Assembly: GCA_963794325.1 (NCBI GenBank)
Contig: CAWCDG010000003.1
Location: 256,001-320,000 of the forward strand
Length of the DNA: 64,000 nucleotides
Direction: 5' to 3'
Source: an uncultured delta proteobacterium
GTDB lineage: Bacteria > Desulfobacterota > Binatia > Binatales > Binataceae
Positions 53,788 to 62,674 of the stretch are shown in pieces (position 1 is the first letter of the stretch; every line of letters begins with the position of its first letter). A program made the position numbers and the translations under genes. Under the pieces are notes generated by a model, which saw only the letters and a list, made by a program, of their open reading frames with translations, was not told where the DNA came from and made no database searches.

Positions 53788-54105
53788 ATGGCAGCGGTAT
53801 CAAGCGTGTTGTTTCTCAAACCTCTACCCGGTCGTCTCGAAGCGCTGATGCGCGACATCACGAGGGCCGAAAAAATCATCAAGCGCGTGGGCGGGAGCGT
53901 CCGCGCGTATAACGAGGTGGCGGGCCCGAATGCGGGAACAATCGCCCTGGTCATCGAGCACAGCGACTGGAAGGACTACGGCAACTACATGGCGAAGATT
54001 GAGGCCGACAAGGACTGGCAGTCGTTCATCACCGAGATCAACTCGGCCAAGTCCCCGAACGCCGAGCGGGTCGCGACCGGGCTCAATGTCGAAGTGCCGA
54101 GCTGA
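53788..54105 (+). CDS. Small hypothetical protein, NIPSNAP/dimeric alpha-beta-barrel-like (paralog 1)
   Basis: CAGGAGG RBS; P.PG...A.KI...G...VAG.N....VIE...WK..G......DKDWQ pattern shared with the next gene. Confidence 0.75.
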   Translation: MAAVSSVLFLKPLPGRLEALMRDITRAEKIIKRVGGSVRAYNEVAGPNAGTIALVIEHSDWKDYGNYMAKIEADKDWQSFITEINSAKSPNAERVATGLNVEVPS

Positions 54106-54153
54106 CGAGGAATCGTCGCGCAAAAAAACTTCATCAGGAATTGGGAGATAACT

Positions 54154-54471
54154 ATGGCTATCGCACAAGTCTTTACCTACACGCCGCGGCCCGGCGCTAC
54201 CGAGCAATTCATCGCTATCGCCAAGCGCGCGGACAAAATTATGAGAGGATTGGGCGCGACCACGCGCACACTCAGCGCAGTCGCGGGCGCAAATCCGAAT
54301 GCTTTCATCTACGTGATCGAAACGCCGAACTGGAAGGCGCACGGCGAACTGAGCACCAAGCTCCAGACCGACAAGGACTGGCAGAAGCTCATCGCGGAAG
54401 TGAGCTCGACTGACAAACCCACCGCGGACCTGATCTCATCGGCGGTTTACTCCGAAATCCCGCTCGGCTGA
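54154..54471 (+). CDS. Small hypothetical protein, NIPSNAP/dimeric alpha-beta-barrel-like (paralog 2)
   Basis: GGGAG RBS; same length (105 aa) and motifs as the upstream gene. Confidence 0.75.
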   Translation: MAIAQVFTYTPRPGATEQFIAIAKRADKIMRGLGATTRTLSAVAGANPNAFIYVIETPNWKAHGELSTKLQTDKDWQKLIAEVSSTDKPTADLISSAVYSEIPLG

Positions 54472-54481
54472 TCGAATATCG

Positions 54482-54505
54482 CGGGAGGGGAACCGTCCCC
54501 TCCCG
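54482..54505. terminator. Hairpin between convergent genes
   Basis: CGGGAGGGGA-ACCG-TCCCCTCCCG 10-bp stem. Confidence 0.55.
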
Positions 54506-54507
54506 TC

Positions 54508-55407
54508 TCAGAGTTTCGGATTGTTGCGCGAGTACTGCCGGAATTTCGCGACTAGTGGAAAGCCCGCAGGCGTGTCGATAATTTGCGCGATCTCGAAATC
54601 GATCACCCGCTCCGCGCCGGGGAAGGTGCGCACGCGCTCGGGACTCCAGTCGATCGATGCGCGACCGGTGAGCTGCAGGGTGCGGCCCGAATCGAAATCG
54701 ATGAACAGCAATCCGCAGTGCGGATTGACCGTGACGTTGCCGAGCGTGTTGAACATGCTGTTGCCGTTGTAGTCGGGGAATGCGATGCGGCGCGGGTCGA
54801 GTATCCGCACGAAGCCCGGATTGCCACCCTTATGCGAAACGTCGGCGCCACGCTCGGGATTGTCGGTCGCGATGAAGAATGTGTCGGCGCTGGATATCTG
54901 CTGCTGCTCCGATGCCGATAGCTTGGCGCTTATCGTTGCTTTCTGATCCGCTGGCGACGCCTGCCGATTGCCGACGAATATTCGCTCCTGCAAATAGCGC
55001 CGGCAGTTGCCGTAAACCTCGTCGGTGGTGATGGAGATTGCGCCGTTCTCGATGACCCCATGACCGTTGACGCGCACCCGGCGCGAGGAGACGAAGTCCG
55101 GCGCGAACAGCGCGACGTGACCTTGGGTTGCGAGATTGCTGGCCACCGGATCGCTGGACGCTATATGCGCCGCGATTTTGAGCGTGCGATCATCGACTGT
55201 CTCGATAAACCCGGGCTCGCCTGTCAGGACGGACGCCCAAACATTGGCGCGATTATCGACGGTGCCGAGCACCGCCATCTGCCGGCGTTCAAGAAAATCG
55301 CTCGCGCCCGGCGGAAGATGATTTGCGATTCCTTCCCCGACGTCCTCCGCAACGTCGCGGACGCCGGCCCGTTCCTGAACCGCAATTTCACCGCTGTGAA
55401 ATTTCAT
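54508..55407 (-). CDS. Pyridoxamine 5'-phosphate oxidase family protein (two split-barrel domains)
   Basis: FHSGEIAVQERAG, YGNCRRY, DVSHKGGNPGF and PDYNGN motifs. Confidence 0.9.
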   Translation of the reverse strand: MKFHSGEIAVQERAGVRDVAEDVGEGIANHLPPGASDFLERRQMAVLGTVDNRANVWASVLTGEPGFIETVDDRTLKIAAHIASSDPVASNLATQGHVALFAPDFVSSRRVRVNGHGVIENGAISITTDEVYGNCRRYLQERIFVGNRQASPADQKATISAKLSASEQQQISSADTFFIATDNPERGADVSHKGGNPGFVRILDPRRIAFPDYNGNSMFNTLGNVTVNPHCGLLFIDFDSGRTLQLTGRASIDWSPERVRTFPGAERVIDFEIAQIIDTPAGFPLVAKFRQYSRNNPKL

Positions 55408-55413
55408 CGCGTG

Positions 55414-55884
55414 CTACCGCGCGGGCGCGCCGCCTGCTGCGCTGGGTTTCACTTGCAGCTTGACCAGGCATGGCGGTCCGTCCTCGCCGTAGCACAGGTT
55501 GCTTACTTCGCCGAGACTCGGATTGCGGTCGTCGTGCGTGTAGTCGGGACAGATCCAGTGACCGCTCTGGCGGTAGAGCGCTACCGCAAAATATCTGCCT
55601 GCAGTGAGATTGCCGGAAACCGGATCGCCGCTCGACGAGATCTCGCGAGAGTTGATGATATCGAATCCGTCGTGCGCCGCGTCGGGCGAGTACTGCATGA
55701 AGAAAATCCGCCATTGGCGGCCGGGGCGCGCCGTCACGTGATATTCCATCGAGCGATTATCCGAGAAGACCGGCTTGTCGCGGCACAGCCACGGCCGTGC
55801 CTCCTGCGCAAACGCGGAACTAGCGGCCAGCATCGCGATTGCCGCCGCGATCGAAAAGCATGTAGCAGGTTTCAAAATCGTCAT
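55414..55884 (-). CDS. Secreted hypothetical protein
   Basis: Start MTILKP overlaps the mutase stop (ATGA); signal peptide ending AFA; four Cys in the mature part. Confidence 0.7.
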   Translation of the reverse strand: MTILKPATCFSIAAAIAMLAASSAFAQEARPWLCRDKPVFSDNRSMEYHVTARPGRQWRIFFMQYSPDAAHDGFDIINSREISSSGDPVSGNLTAGRYFAVALYRQSGHWICPDYTHDDRNPSLGEVSNLCYGEDGPPCLVKLQVKPSAAGGAPAR

Positions 55885-57821
55885 GAGTGCTCCCGGCCTG
55901 CAATTGCGATAATGCGCCCGACGATCTCGCCGAGGTTGGAATCTTTGGGCGTGAAGACCGCTTTCACGCCGAGCTTGGTCAGCGCGATGCGGTCGGCCTC
56001 GGGGATTATTCCGCCCATCACCAGCGCTACGTCGGTGGCGCCGCGGCTCTTCAGCAGATCGAGCGTCTCGCGCGCGATCGACATGTGCGCGCCCGCGAGG
56101 CTCGAAATCGCGAGCACGTCGACGTCTTCCTCGAGTGCCGTCGCAACCATCTGCTCGGGCGTTTGCTTGAATCCCGCGAGCACTACTTCCATCCCGGATT
56201 GCATGCACGCGTGCGCGAGCAGCTTGATTGCATTGATATGCCCGTCGAGGCCCGCCTTGCCGAGCGCGATGCGAATTTTGCGTTTCGATGACACGTGCGG
56301 CACGTTGAGCGCGCCGACCGCGACGCTGGTTTCGAGAATCGGCGGCGTGTAGCGGCCGCGGCTGACGCGCACCAGCGAATCGGTCCATTCGCCGACGGTG
56401 CCGCCGGCGCGCGCGAGATCGATAGTCGCCTCGATGAGTCCGCGGTCGCCATCATTCGCGGCGGCGCCTTCGAGCGCCTCGCGAGCTTTTGCCACACTGG
56501 ATTGGTCGCGCGACGCGCGCCATTTTTCAATCGAGTCGATACGCTCTTTCTCTTTCGACGCTTGTGCTGTGTGATTCGAACTTTGTTTCGACGGAGGCGT
56601 GAGGCCTATTTTGCCGGTGAATGCGTTGACGCCGATTTGCACGATCTCGCCCGTCTCGACTTTGCGATGCCGCTCGGCAAGTTGGCGCGTCAGCTCGCCG
56701 CTTACGATTGCAATCGCGCGCGAGTACCCGGCCTCGCGCAGGCGCATCGCGATCTCACGTGCGCGCCGCGCGGTTTCGTCGGTGAGCTTCTCGATAACTT
56801 TGCTGCCTTCGAAAATGTCGCCGTAGGCCGCGAGCCCCGTCTCATGCATCAGGACTTGCTGCGTGCGGAGGCTCATCGTCTGCTCGGACTGGTCGGGCAA
56901 TGCGAGCGCCTCGCGAAAGCCGGGCAACTGAAGTGCGTTGACGCGCGCGTCGGCCGAAATGACTACGGGCAGCGCCTCGTACGCGATGCGGATGATATTC
57001 ACTTCGGGCTGCGGCTCGGTGAGCGTGAGCGACCGCACCTGGCATCCGGCGCGGAATGCGACGTCCTTGACGCCGTACTCAGTCGCGCATAGCTCGCGCC
57101 ATAATTTGAAGTACGCGCGAATCTTGCAAATCTCCGGGACCAGCTCGATACCGCTATTGATGAAAAATGAAATGCGGCGGACAGTCTGCTCGAACGCGGC
57201 GGCGTCGAGCTTCGGACGAATCGCGTCGAGAATCAGCAGCGCGTTGCCGAACGCGTACCCGATTTCCTCGGCGGGACCGGCGCCGCTTTCCATGTAGTGG
57301 TAGCCGCAGCAGTTGATCGGGTTCCAATTGGGTACGCGCTCGACCGCGAATCGAATCAGCTCGGTGGAAAGCCGGAACGACAGCTCAGGATGAAAAATCG
57401 AGGTGCCGCGCGCGACGAATTCCTTGAGGAGATCGTTCTGCGTCGTGCCGCGCAATTCGGTCCATGGCACGCCGTGCTTTTCCGCGACGACCAGGTAGAG
57501 CGCAAGCAGGAACGGCGCAGTCGCGTTGATCGTCATCGAGGTGTTAATCGACTGAAGCGGGATTCCTTCGAACAGCCGCTCCATATCCTGCCAGTGACAG
57601 ATCGAGACGCCCGCTTCGCCGACCTCGCCGCGCGCAACTGGAGCGTCGGGGTCGTAGCCGTTCTGGGTCGGCAGGTCGAACGCGATCGAAAGCCCGCGCT
57701 GGCCCTGCTTCAGATTCGCGAGGAAGCGCTCGTTGGCCTCGCGCGCATCGCCGAACCCGGCGTAGGTGCGGATGATCCACGGCTCGCGAGGTGGGCGAGC
57801 TTTCTTTTCAGTATCTGGCAT
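55881..57821 (-). CDS. B12-dependent acyl-CoA mutase, MeaA/ethylmalonyl-CoA mutase-like
   Basis: PWIIRTYAG, GLSIAFDLPTQ, SMTINATA and GTTQND motifs, fused to a cobalamin-binding domain (GLDGH, SSLAGAH, GGIIP). Confidence 0.85.
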   Translation of the reverse strand: MPDTEKKARPPREPWIIRTYAGFGDAREANERFLANLKQGQRGLSIAFDLPTQNGYDPDAPVARGEVGEAGVSICHWQDMERLFEGIPLQSINTSMTINATAPFLLALYLVVAEKHGVPWTELRGTTQNDLLKEFVARGTSIFHPELSFRLSTELIRFAVERVPNWNPINCCGYHYMESGAGPAEEIGYAFGNALLILDAIRPKLDAAAFEQTVRRISFFINSGIELVPEICKIRAYFKLWRELCATEYGVKDVAFRAGCQVRSLTLTEPQPEVNIIRIAYEALPVVISADARVNALQLPGFREALALPDQSEQTMSLRTQQVLMHETGLAAYGDIFEGSKVIEKLTDETARRAREIAMRLREAGYSRAIAIVSGELTRQLAERHRKVETGEIVQIGVNAFTGKIGLTPPSKQSSNHTAQASKEKERIDSIEKWRASRDQSSVAKAREALEGAAANDGDRGLIEATIDLARAGGTVGEWTDSLVRVSRGRYTPPILETSVAVGALNVPHVSSKRKIRIALGKAGLDGHINAIKLLAHACMQSGMEVVLAGFKQTPEQMVATALEEDVDVLAISSLAGAHMSIARETLDLLKSRGATDVALVMGGIIPEADRIALTKLGVKAVFTPKDSNLGEIVGRIIAIAGREHS

Positions 57822-57864
57822 GGACACAAGGTTAGTTATCGAGGCATCGGGATTCCAGCCAACT

Positions 57865-58266
57865 TCATCCGCGTTTCTCAAGCGGTTCGGTGCGTATCTC
57901 AACCCAGGGAAATCGGCGGCTCTCATGGTAGACGGACACGGATGGCGGCGGAAAAGTGAGGTCCGCGAAATTGCCTGCTGAGACAGCTACGACGCCGGGG
58001 ATCTGGTCGATGCTCCACAACACCGTGCAGCCGCACTTCGGGCAAAAGCTGTTGGTGATGTGGCTGCCGTCGTCGCCGACCCGAACGAATTTCATCACCT
58101 TCCCCTCAGTCTTGACGTCGTTCTCGCGAAACCAGGCGCCAAAGCCGAATGCGCTGCCGGTTTTCCGCTTGCAAGCCAGGCAGTGACATACGGCTATGCG
58201 AACAGGCTCTCCTGAGCACGTGGCCGACAACTGGCCGCACGAACATTCTGCTCGACGAGTGATCAT
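57865..58266 (-). CDS. GFA/CENP-V family zinc protein
   Basis: CSCG, CHCLAC and FCPKCG motifs. Confidence 0.9.
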   Translation of the reverse strand: MITRRAECSCGQLSATCSGEPVRIAVCHCLACKRKTGSAFGFGAWFRENDVKTEGKVMKFVRVGDDGSHITNSFCPKCGCTVLWSIDQIPGVVAVSAGNFADLTFPPPSVSVYHESRRFPWVEIRTEPLEKRG

Positions 58267-58331
58267 CGTTGGCTCCTGTGGGTCCTATGGCGCTCCCGGG
58301 AAAAGCGAACTTATATCATATGCTGCGGAGA

Positions 58332-59288
58332 TCACCGTCGATGTGCCGCTCGAGGTGCAGACTCATCTTCGCGATGGCGGGCCAGGTCGGCGGCCATGCG
58401 ATCGATCAGCTCGATTCCCGCGATGCCGCTGTGTTCCGGAATCTCGAGCACCGGGCCTCCGGTCTCAGCGCGGATTTTTGCGATGGCCTTGCGCGCTTCG
58501 GTCGCGCGACTCAGCTCGGACTTCGCCAGCTCGGCGAGATGCTCGAGGTCTTTTTTGCGGATGTGAGCGGCGCGGCGATTGGTCAGCGCCGCGATGTCGT
58601 TCGCGTCGAATTCAAATGGCGGCATCCGGTTGAAAATCACGGCGGCCGGCGCGAGATCGATGTCGCTTAGCTGTGCGTGAGTCTCGATAGTTTCGGAAAT
58701 CGAGAGACTGTCGGCGGTGGTGACCTGGACGATTGCGCAATTGCGGCGGTCACGCAGCTTTTTCGAAATGTTGCCCGCCTCTTTTCCGACCACGCTATCG
58801 CCGAACGTCGCGCGCGCCGCGGTCGGCATCTTGAGCAGGCTTAGCGCCTGGCCGCTGGCCGGCGCATCGACGACTATCACGCGACGCGGCAGCTTGGCAT
58901 CGGTTTGGCCGGCATCGAAGAAAACTTTTCCGAGCATCATCAGTTCGCGCAGACCGGGCGCGGCTTGAACGAAGAATTGATAGAGGCGGCTGGCGAACAC
59001 CGCCTTTAACAGCATTCGGCCCGGCACCACCAGGCGAAGATATTCTTCGAGCGCGGCGCGTCCGTCGAGTGTCAGCAGCTCGAGATTATGCGCAACTTGC
59101 GTCGGCGTGAATGAGGGATCGACGCCGAAGGTCGCGGCCAGCGGGGCGCGCCCGTCGCATTCCATGATTAGCGCGTGAGCGTCGGAGAGGGTAGCGATTT
59201 TTGCGAGCGCGGCGCTGACGGTAGATTTTCCGACGCCACCCTTGCCGAGCACGATCAGTACGCGGCGGGCAAGGATTTCGTTCAGCAT
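58332..59288 (-). CDS. ArsA/Get3-related P-loop ATPase (BagA/Rv3679-like)
   Basis: GKGGVGKST, AALEEY, APGLREL and DAPASG motifs. Confidence 0.88.
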   Translation of the reverse strand: MLNEILARRVLIVLGKGGVGKSTVSAALAKIATLSDAHALIMECDGRAPLAATFGVDPSFTPTQVAHNLELLTLDGRAALEEYLRLVVPGRMLLKAVFASRLYQFFVQAAPGLRELMMLGKVFFDAGQTDAKLPRRVIVVDAPASGQALSLLKMPTAARATFGDSVVGKEAGNISKKLRDRRNCAIVQVTTADSLSISETIETHAQLSDIDLAPAAVIFNRMPPFEFDANDIAALTNRRAAHIRKKDLEHLAELAKSELSRATEARKAIAKIRAETGGPVLEIPEHSGIAGIELIDRMAADLARHREDESAPRAAHRR

Positions 59289-59336
59289 TTGTGTGAAGGG
59301 GTTGAGCGGAGATTGAGAAATATGCGGTGATTGGCG

Positions 59337-59378
59337 ACCTAACCCCTAACCCCTTCCCATGGTGGGAAGGGGGACCGG
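59337..59378 (-). repeat. Hairpin plus TTAGGGG repeat element, copy 4 (inverted)
   Basis: ACCTAACCCCTAACCCCTTCCCATGGTGGGAAGGGGGACCGG. Confidence 0.9.
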
Positions 59379-59393
59379 ATCAAAAAAAATGGC

Positions 59394-60371
59394 TTACCAG
59401 CGGACCAGGTTTGCGCCCCAGGTCAGGCCGCCGCCGCAGGCGTTCAGCATTACGAGGCTGTTGTCGCGGATGCGGCCTTGCTCGACGGCTTCGTCGAGCG
59501 CGATCGGCACCGACGCTGCCGAAGTGTTGCCGTAGCGCTCGATATTCGTGAAGACTTTTTCCGGCGGCATCCCGAGCCGCTCCGCAACCGCCGAAATAAT
59601 TCGCATGTTCGCCTGATGCGGCACGAACAGATCGATCTCCTCGAGTTTCACACCGGCGCGGTCCGCGACCTGGCGGCTGACCTCTTCCATGCTCTTGACC
59701 GCGATCTTGAAAAGCTCGGGGCCCTTCATCTGGATCGCGTCGTCGGGCGAGCGCCGCACTTCCGAATCGATCGTGCTGCGGGTTCCGGTCGCTCGAACGG
59801 ACAGTAGATTCCAATGCTCGCCGGCTGAGCGGAGCAAGCTGGACAGGACGCCGCGATTGTTCGGTTCGGTGACCATCACGCACGCGCCCGCACCGTCGCC
59901 GAACAGGACGGCAGTCCGCCGATCATTCCAATCGACCATCGTCGAGAGTGCGTCGGCCCCGACTACCAGCACGCGCTTGAAATCGCCGGCGCGCATTTGT
60001 GCGTCCGCGACCTGAAGCGCATACACGAAACCGGAGCATGCGGCGGCGACGTCGAAGGCGGGGATCGACGAGATGCCCAAGCCGTACTGAATCTGGCATG
60101 CGAAGGACGGGAAGCCGTACTCCGAGGACACGGTGCCGACGATGATCGCGTCGAGATCTGCGGGCTTGATGCCCGCGCGATCGAGCGCAACCCGGCTCGC
60201 CTCGGTCGCGATTTGCGCGAGCGACTCGCCCTGGCGCATCGCGTAACGCGCGCCGATGCCGGTGCGCGAACGGATCCATTCGTCGGACGTGTTCATGTAC
60301 CGCTCGAGATCTTTATTCGTCAGGGCGGTGCGCGGTACGGCCCGTCCGGTGGCGACAATTCTTGAGCCCAT
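59394..60371 (-). CDS. fabH: Beta-ketoacyl-ACP synthase III
   Basis: AACSGF, FGDGAG, PHQAN and GNTSAAS motifs. Confidence 0.95.
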   Translation of the reverse strand: MGSRIVATGRAVPRTALTNKDLERYMNTSDEWIRSRTGIGARYAMRQGESLAQIATEASRVALDRAGIKPADLDAIIVGTVSSEYGFPSFACQIQYGLGISSIPAFDVAAACSGFVYALQVADAQMRAGDFKRVLVVGADALSTMVDWNDRRTAVLFGDGAGACVMVTEPNNRGVLSSLLRSAGEHWNLLSVRATGTRSTIDSEVRRSPDDAIQMKGPELFKIAVKSMEEVSRQVADRAGVKLEEIDLFVPHQANMRIISAVAERLGMPPEKVFTNIERYGNTSAASVPIALDEAVEQGRIRDNSLVMLNACGGGLTWGANLVRW

Positions 60372-60391
60372 GCTGAAACCGGCTGCTCTGG

Positions 60392-61639
60392 TTAGGCGGG
60401 CCTGAAGGCCAGCGTCGTGTTGGTGCCACCGAACCCGAATGAATTATTGAGCGCGATTCGAATCTTCGCGGGGCGCGGCTTGTTGGGCACATAATCGAGA
60501 TCGCATAGAGGGTCGGGAACTTCCTGGTTGATAGTCGGCGGCATCATCCCGCGCTCGATCGCGAGCACCGTGTACACCGACTCGATTGCGCCGGCCGCGC
60601 CGAGCGTATGCCCGGTCATCGACTTGGTCGAACTGATCGCGAGTTTCGCGGCGCGCTCGCCAAAGACGTGCTTCACCGCTTGAGTCTCGGCGAGGTCACC
60701 TTGCTCGGTCGAGGTGCCGTGCGCGTTGATGTAATCGACTTCGTTGGGATCGAGATCGCTGTCCTCGAGGCACATGTGCATGCATTTGGCGGCGCCGCGT
60801 CCATTCGGGGCGGGTGACGTGATGTGGTAGGCGTCGCTGTTTGCGGCGTAACCGCAGATCTCGGCAAGGATCTTCGCGCCGCGTTTGATTGCGGCGTCGC
60901 GCTCCTCGAGGATCAGCGCGGCCGAGCCCTCCGACATCACGAATCCATCGCGCTCCTTGTCGAACGGGCGGCTGGCTTTCGCCGGCTCCTCGTTGCGGGT
61001 CGAGAGCGCACGCATCGCGACGAATCCGCCGACGCCGAGCGACGTGATTGCGGCTTCGGAGCCGCCGGTGATCGCCGCGTCGAGGTAGCCGAGCCGGATC
61101 ATCCTGTATGCTTCGCCGATCGCATGACTGCCCGACGCGCACGCACTGGTGGTCGCGAGATTGGCGCCGCGCGCGCCGTAGCGAATCGAGATCTGGCCGG
61201 GCGCCAGGTTGCTTATCAGCTTGGGAATGAAGAACGGCGTGACGTGACGCAGGCCGGTCTCCATGAAGACCTTGTGGTATTCCTCGATCGTGCACAGACC
61301 GCCGATGCCGACGCCGACCAGTACACCGACGTTGTCAGCGTTCTCTTCGGTGATCTTCAACCCCGACTGGCGCATCGCCTGTTCGGCCGACGCGACCGCA
61401 TACTGGATGAACGGGTCCATCTTTTTGATGTCGCGTTTTTCGATCCAGTCCTCGGGATTAAAGTCCCGAACCTCGCCGGCGATGCGCGCGGGGAAATCCG
61501 ACGCGTCGAAGCGGGTAATCAGCCCGATACCAGACCGCCCCGCCATCAGGGCGTCCCAGTTTTTTTCCACTCCAACTCCGAGCGGCGTTACCAGTCCAAC
61601 TCCGGTGACGACCACGCGGCGCTCAAGCATTCGTCTCAT
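60392..61639 (-). CDS. fabF: Beta-ketoacyl-ACP synthase II
   Basis: SACASG, NAHGTST, KSMTGH and NSFGFGG motifs. Confidence 0.96.
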   Translation of the reverse strand: MRRMLERRVVVTGVGLVTPLGVGVEKNWDALMAGRSGIGLITRFDASDFPARIAGEVRDFNPEDWIEKRDIKKMDPFIQYAVASAEQAMRQSGLKITEENADNVGVLVGVGIGGLCTIEEYHKVFMETGLRHVTPFFIPKLISNLAPGQISIRYGARGANLATTSACASGSHAIGEAYRMIRLGYLDAAITGGSEAAITSLGVGGFVAMRALSTRNEEPAKASRPFDKERDGFVMSEGSAALILEERDAAIKRGAKILAEICGYAANSDAYHITSPAPNGRGAAKCMHMCLEDSDLDPNEVDYINAHGTSTEQGDLAETQAVKHVFGERAAKLAISSTKSMTGHTLGAAGAIESVYTVLAIERGMMPPTINQEVPDPLCDLDYVPNKPRPAKIRIALNNSFGFGGTNTTLAFRPA

Positions 61640-61827
61640 CAGGGCCCCTCATCCTCCATCTAGTTCAACCTTAATCATCTATCAAAAAGCTCCGCTGGTC
61701 GAGAATGTGCCCCATCTCGTCGGGGCAGGGCAGTGAGATGTATCGACAGCTTGCGATGGGCGCAAAGTTGGGCTATCGGTACCTTTACTTATTGAGATTC
61801 AGACTCAGCGTAAAGGAGTACCAGCAG

Positions 61828-62592
61828 GTGCGTTCCAGCCGTCGCTGCCATGATGGGTTAATTCGCGCGGGAGTGTTTCTAATTGCCGTCTGCGTGATCG
61901 CCGGGCCGCGCACGGTCCGAGCGCAGAGCAGCGCCGGGACCATCTCCAGCGCAAGCGGCGGAGTTCAGATCGAGCGCGGCGGCACCGTGATGCCAGCGAA
62001 ACCGGGTACGCCGATCAACCGGGGAGACCGGATTGCTTCCGGCGTCGAAGGCGTCGCCGTCATAAACCTGAGTGACGGGAGTCAACTCGAACTCCAACCT
62101 TCAACCGATATCACGCTTGACCAATACGGCGGTGGCGGCCCCACGCCGACCCGGATCAGCCTGGCTTCCGGCATAGTTAAATCGGCTGTGAAGAGGACCA
62201 GCGGTACTCCCGCCAACTACCAGGTGCATACGCCCAACGCGATCGTGACCGCGCGCGGCACCGCCTTTTACACCTCCTACACCGACAGCTCGCCTCAAAC
62301 CGGCAAACTCCCCGGAATTTCCCATTACACCGAGGTGGCCGTGATCGAAGGCAGCGTCAATCTCGCACAGGCTGCCGTGCCCAATCGCGGCGTCGAGGTG
62401 GCGCAGGGAACGACAGGAACGGTGGCGGGTGGTGATCCGCCCCAGGATCACAAACGAAAATTTCCGACTTGCTCCGCGCCTCCTACGTCAGCCGATCAGT
62501 GCAAAAACGGCGGCTGGCGGAATTTCCCTTGCGGCTTCAAGAACCAGGGCCAGTGTATCAGCTACGTCAATCACGCAAATCACGGGAACTGA
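61828..62592 (+). CDS. Secreted FecR-domain protein with a C-terminal Cys mini-module
   Basis: AAGGAG RBS before GTG 61828; LSDGSQLEL, VHTPNAIVTARGTAF and VAVIEGSV motifs; tail QCKNGGWRNF..GFKNQGQCISYV. Confidence 0.8.
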   Translation: MRSSRRCHDGLIRAGVFLIAVCVIAGPRTVRAQSSAGTISSASGGVQIERGGTVMPAKPGTPINRGDRIASGVEGVAVINLSDGSQLELQPSTDITLDQYGGGGPTPTRISLASGIVKSAVKRTSGTPANYQVHTPNAIVTARGTAFYTSYTDSSPQTGKLPGISHYTEVAVIEGSVNLAQAAVPNRGVEVAQGTTGTVAGGDPPQDHKRKFPTCSAPPTSADQCKNGGWRNFPCGFKNQGQCISYVNHANHGN

Positions 62593-62674
62593 TCTGCCAG
62601 GGAACCTTCAGTAGTAGAATCTTCTGCCGGTGAAATAGGCGAAACCGACACTGGTCGTAGAGGAATAATCGCCG

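Noticed and set aside
55060-56352. Long antisense and alternate-frame ORFs (also 45584-47065, 27696-28874, 62819-63988 and many others)
   Set aside because: They shadow well-supported genes, lack motifs, and are expected from high-GC codon bias.
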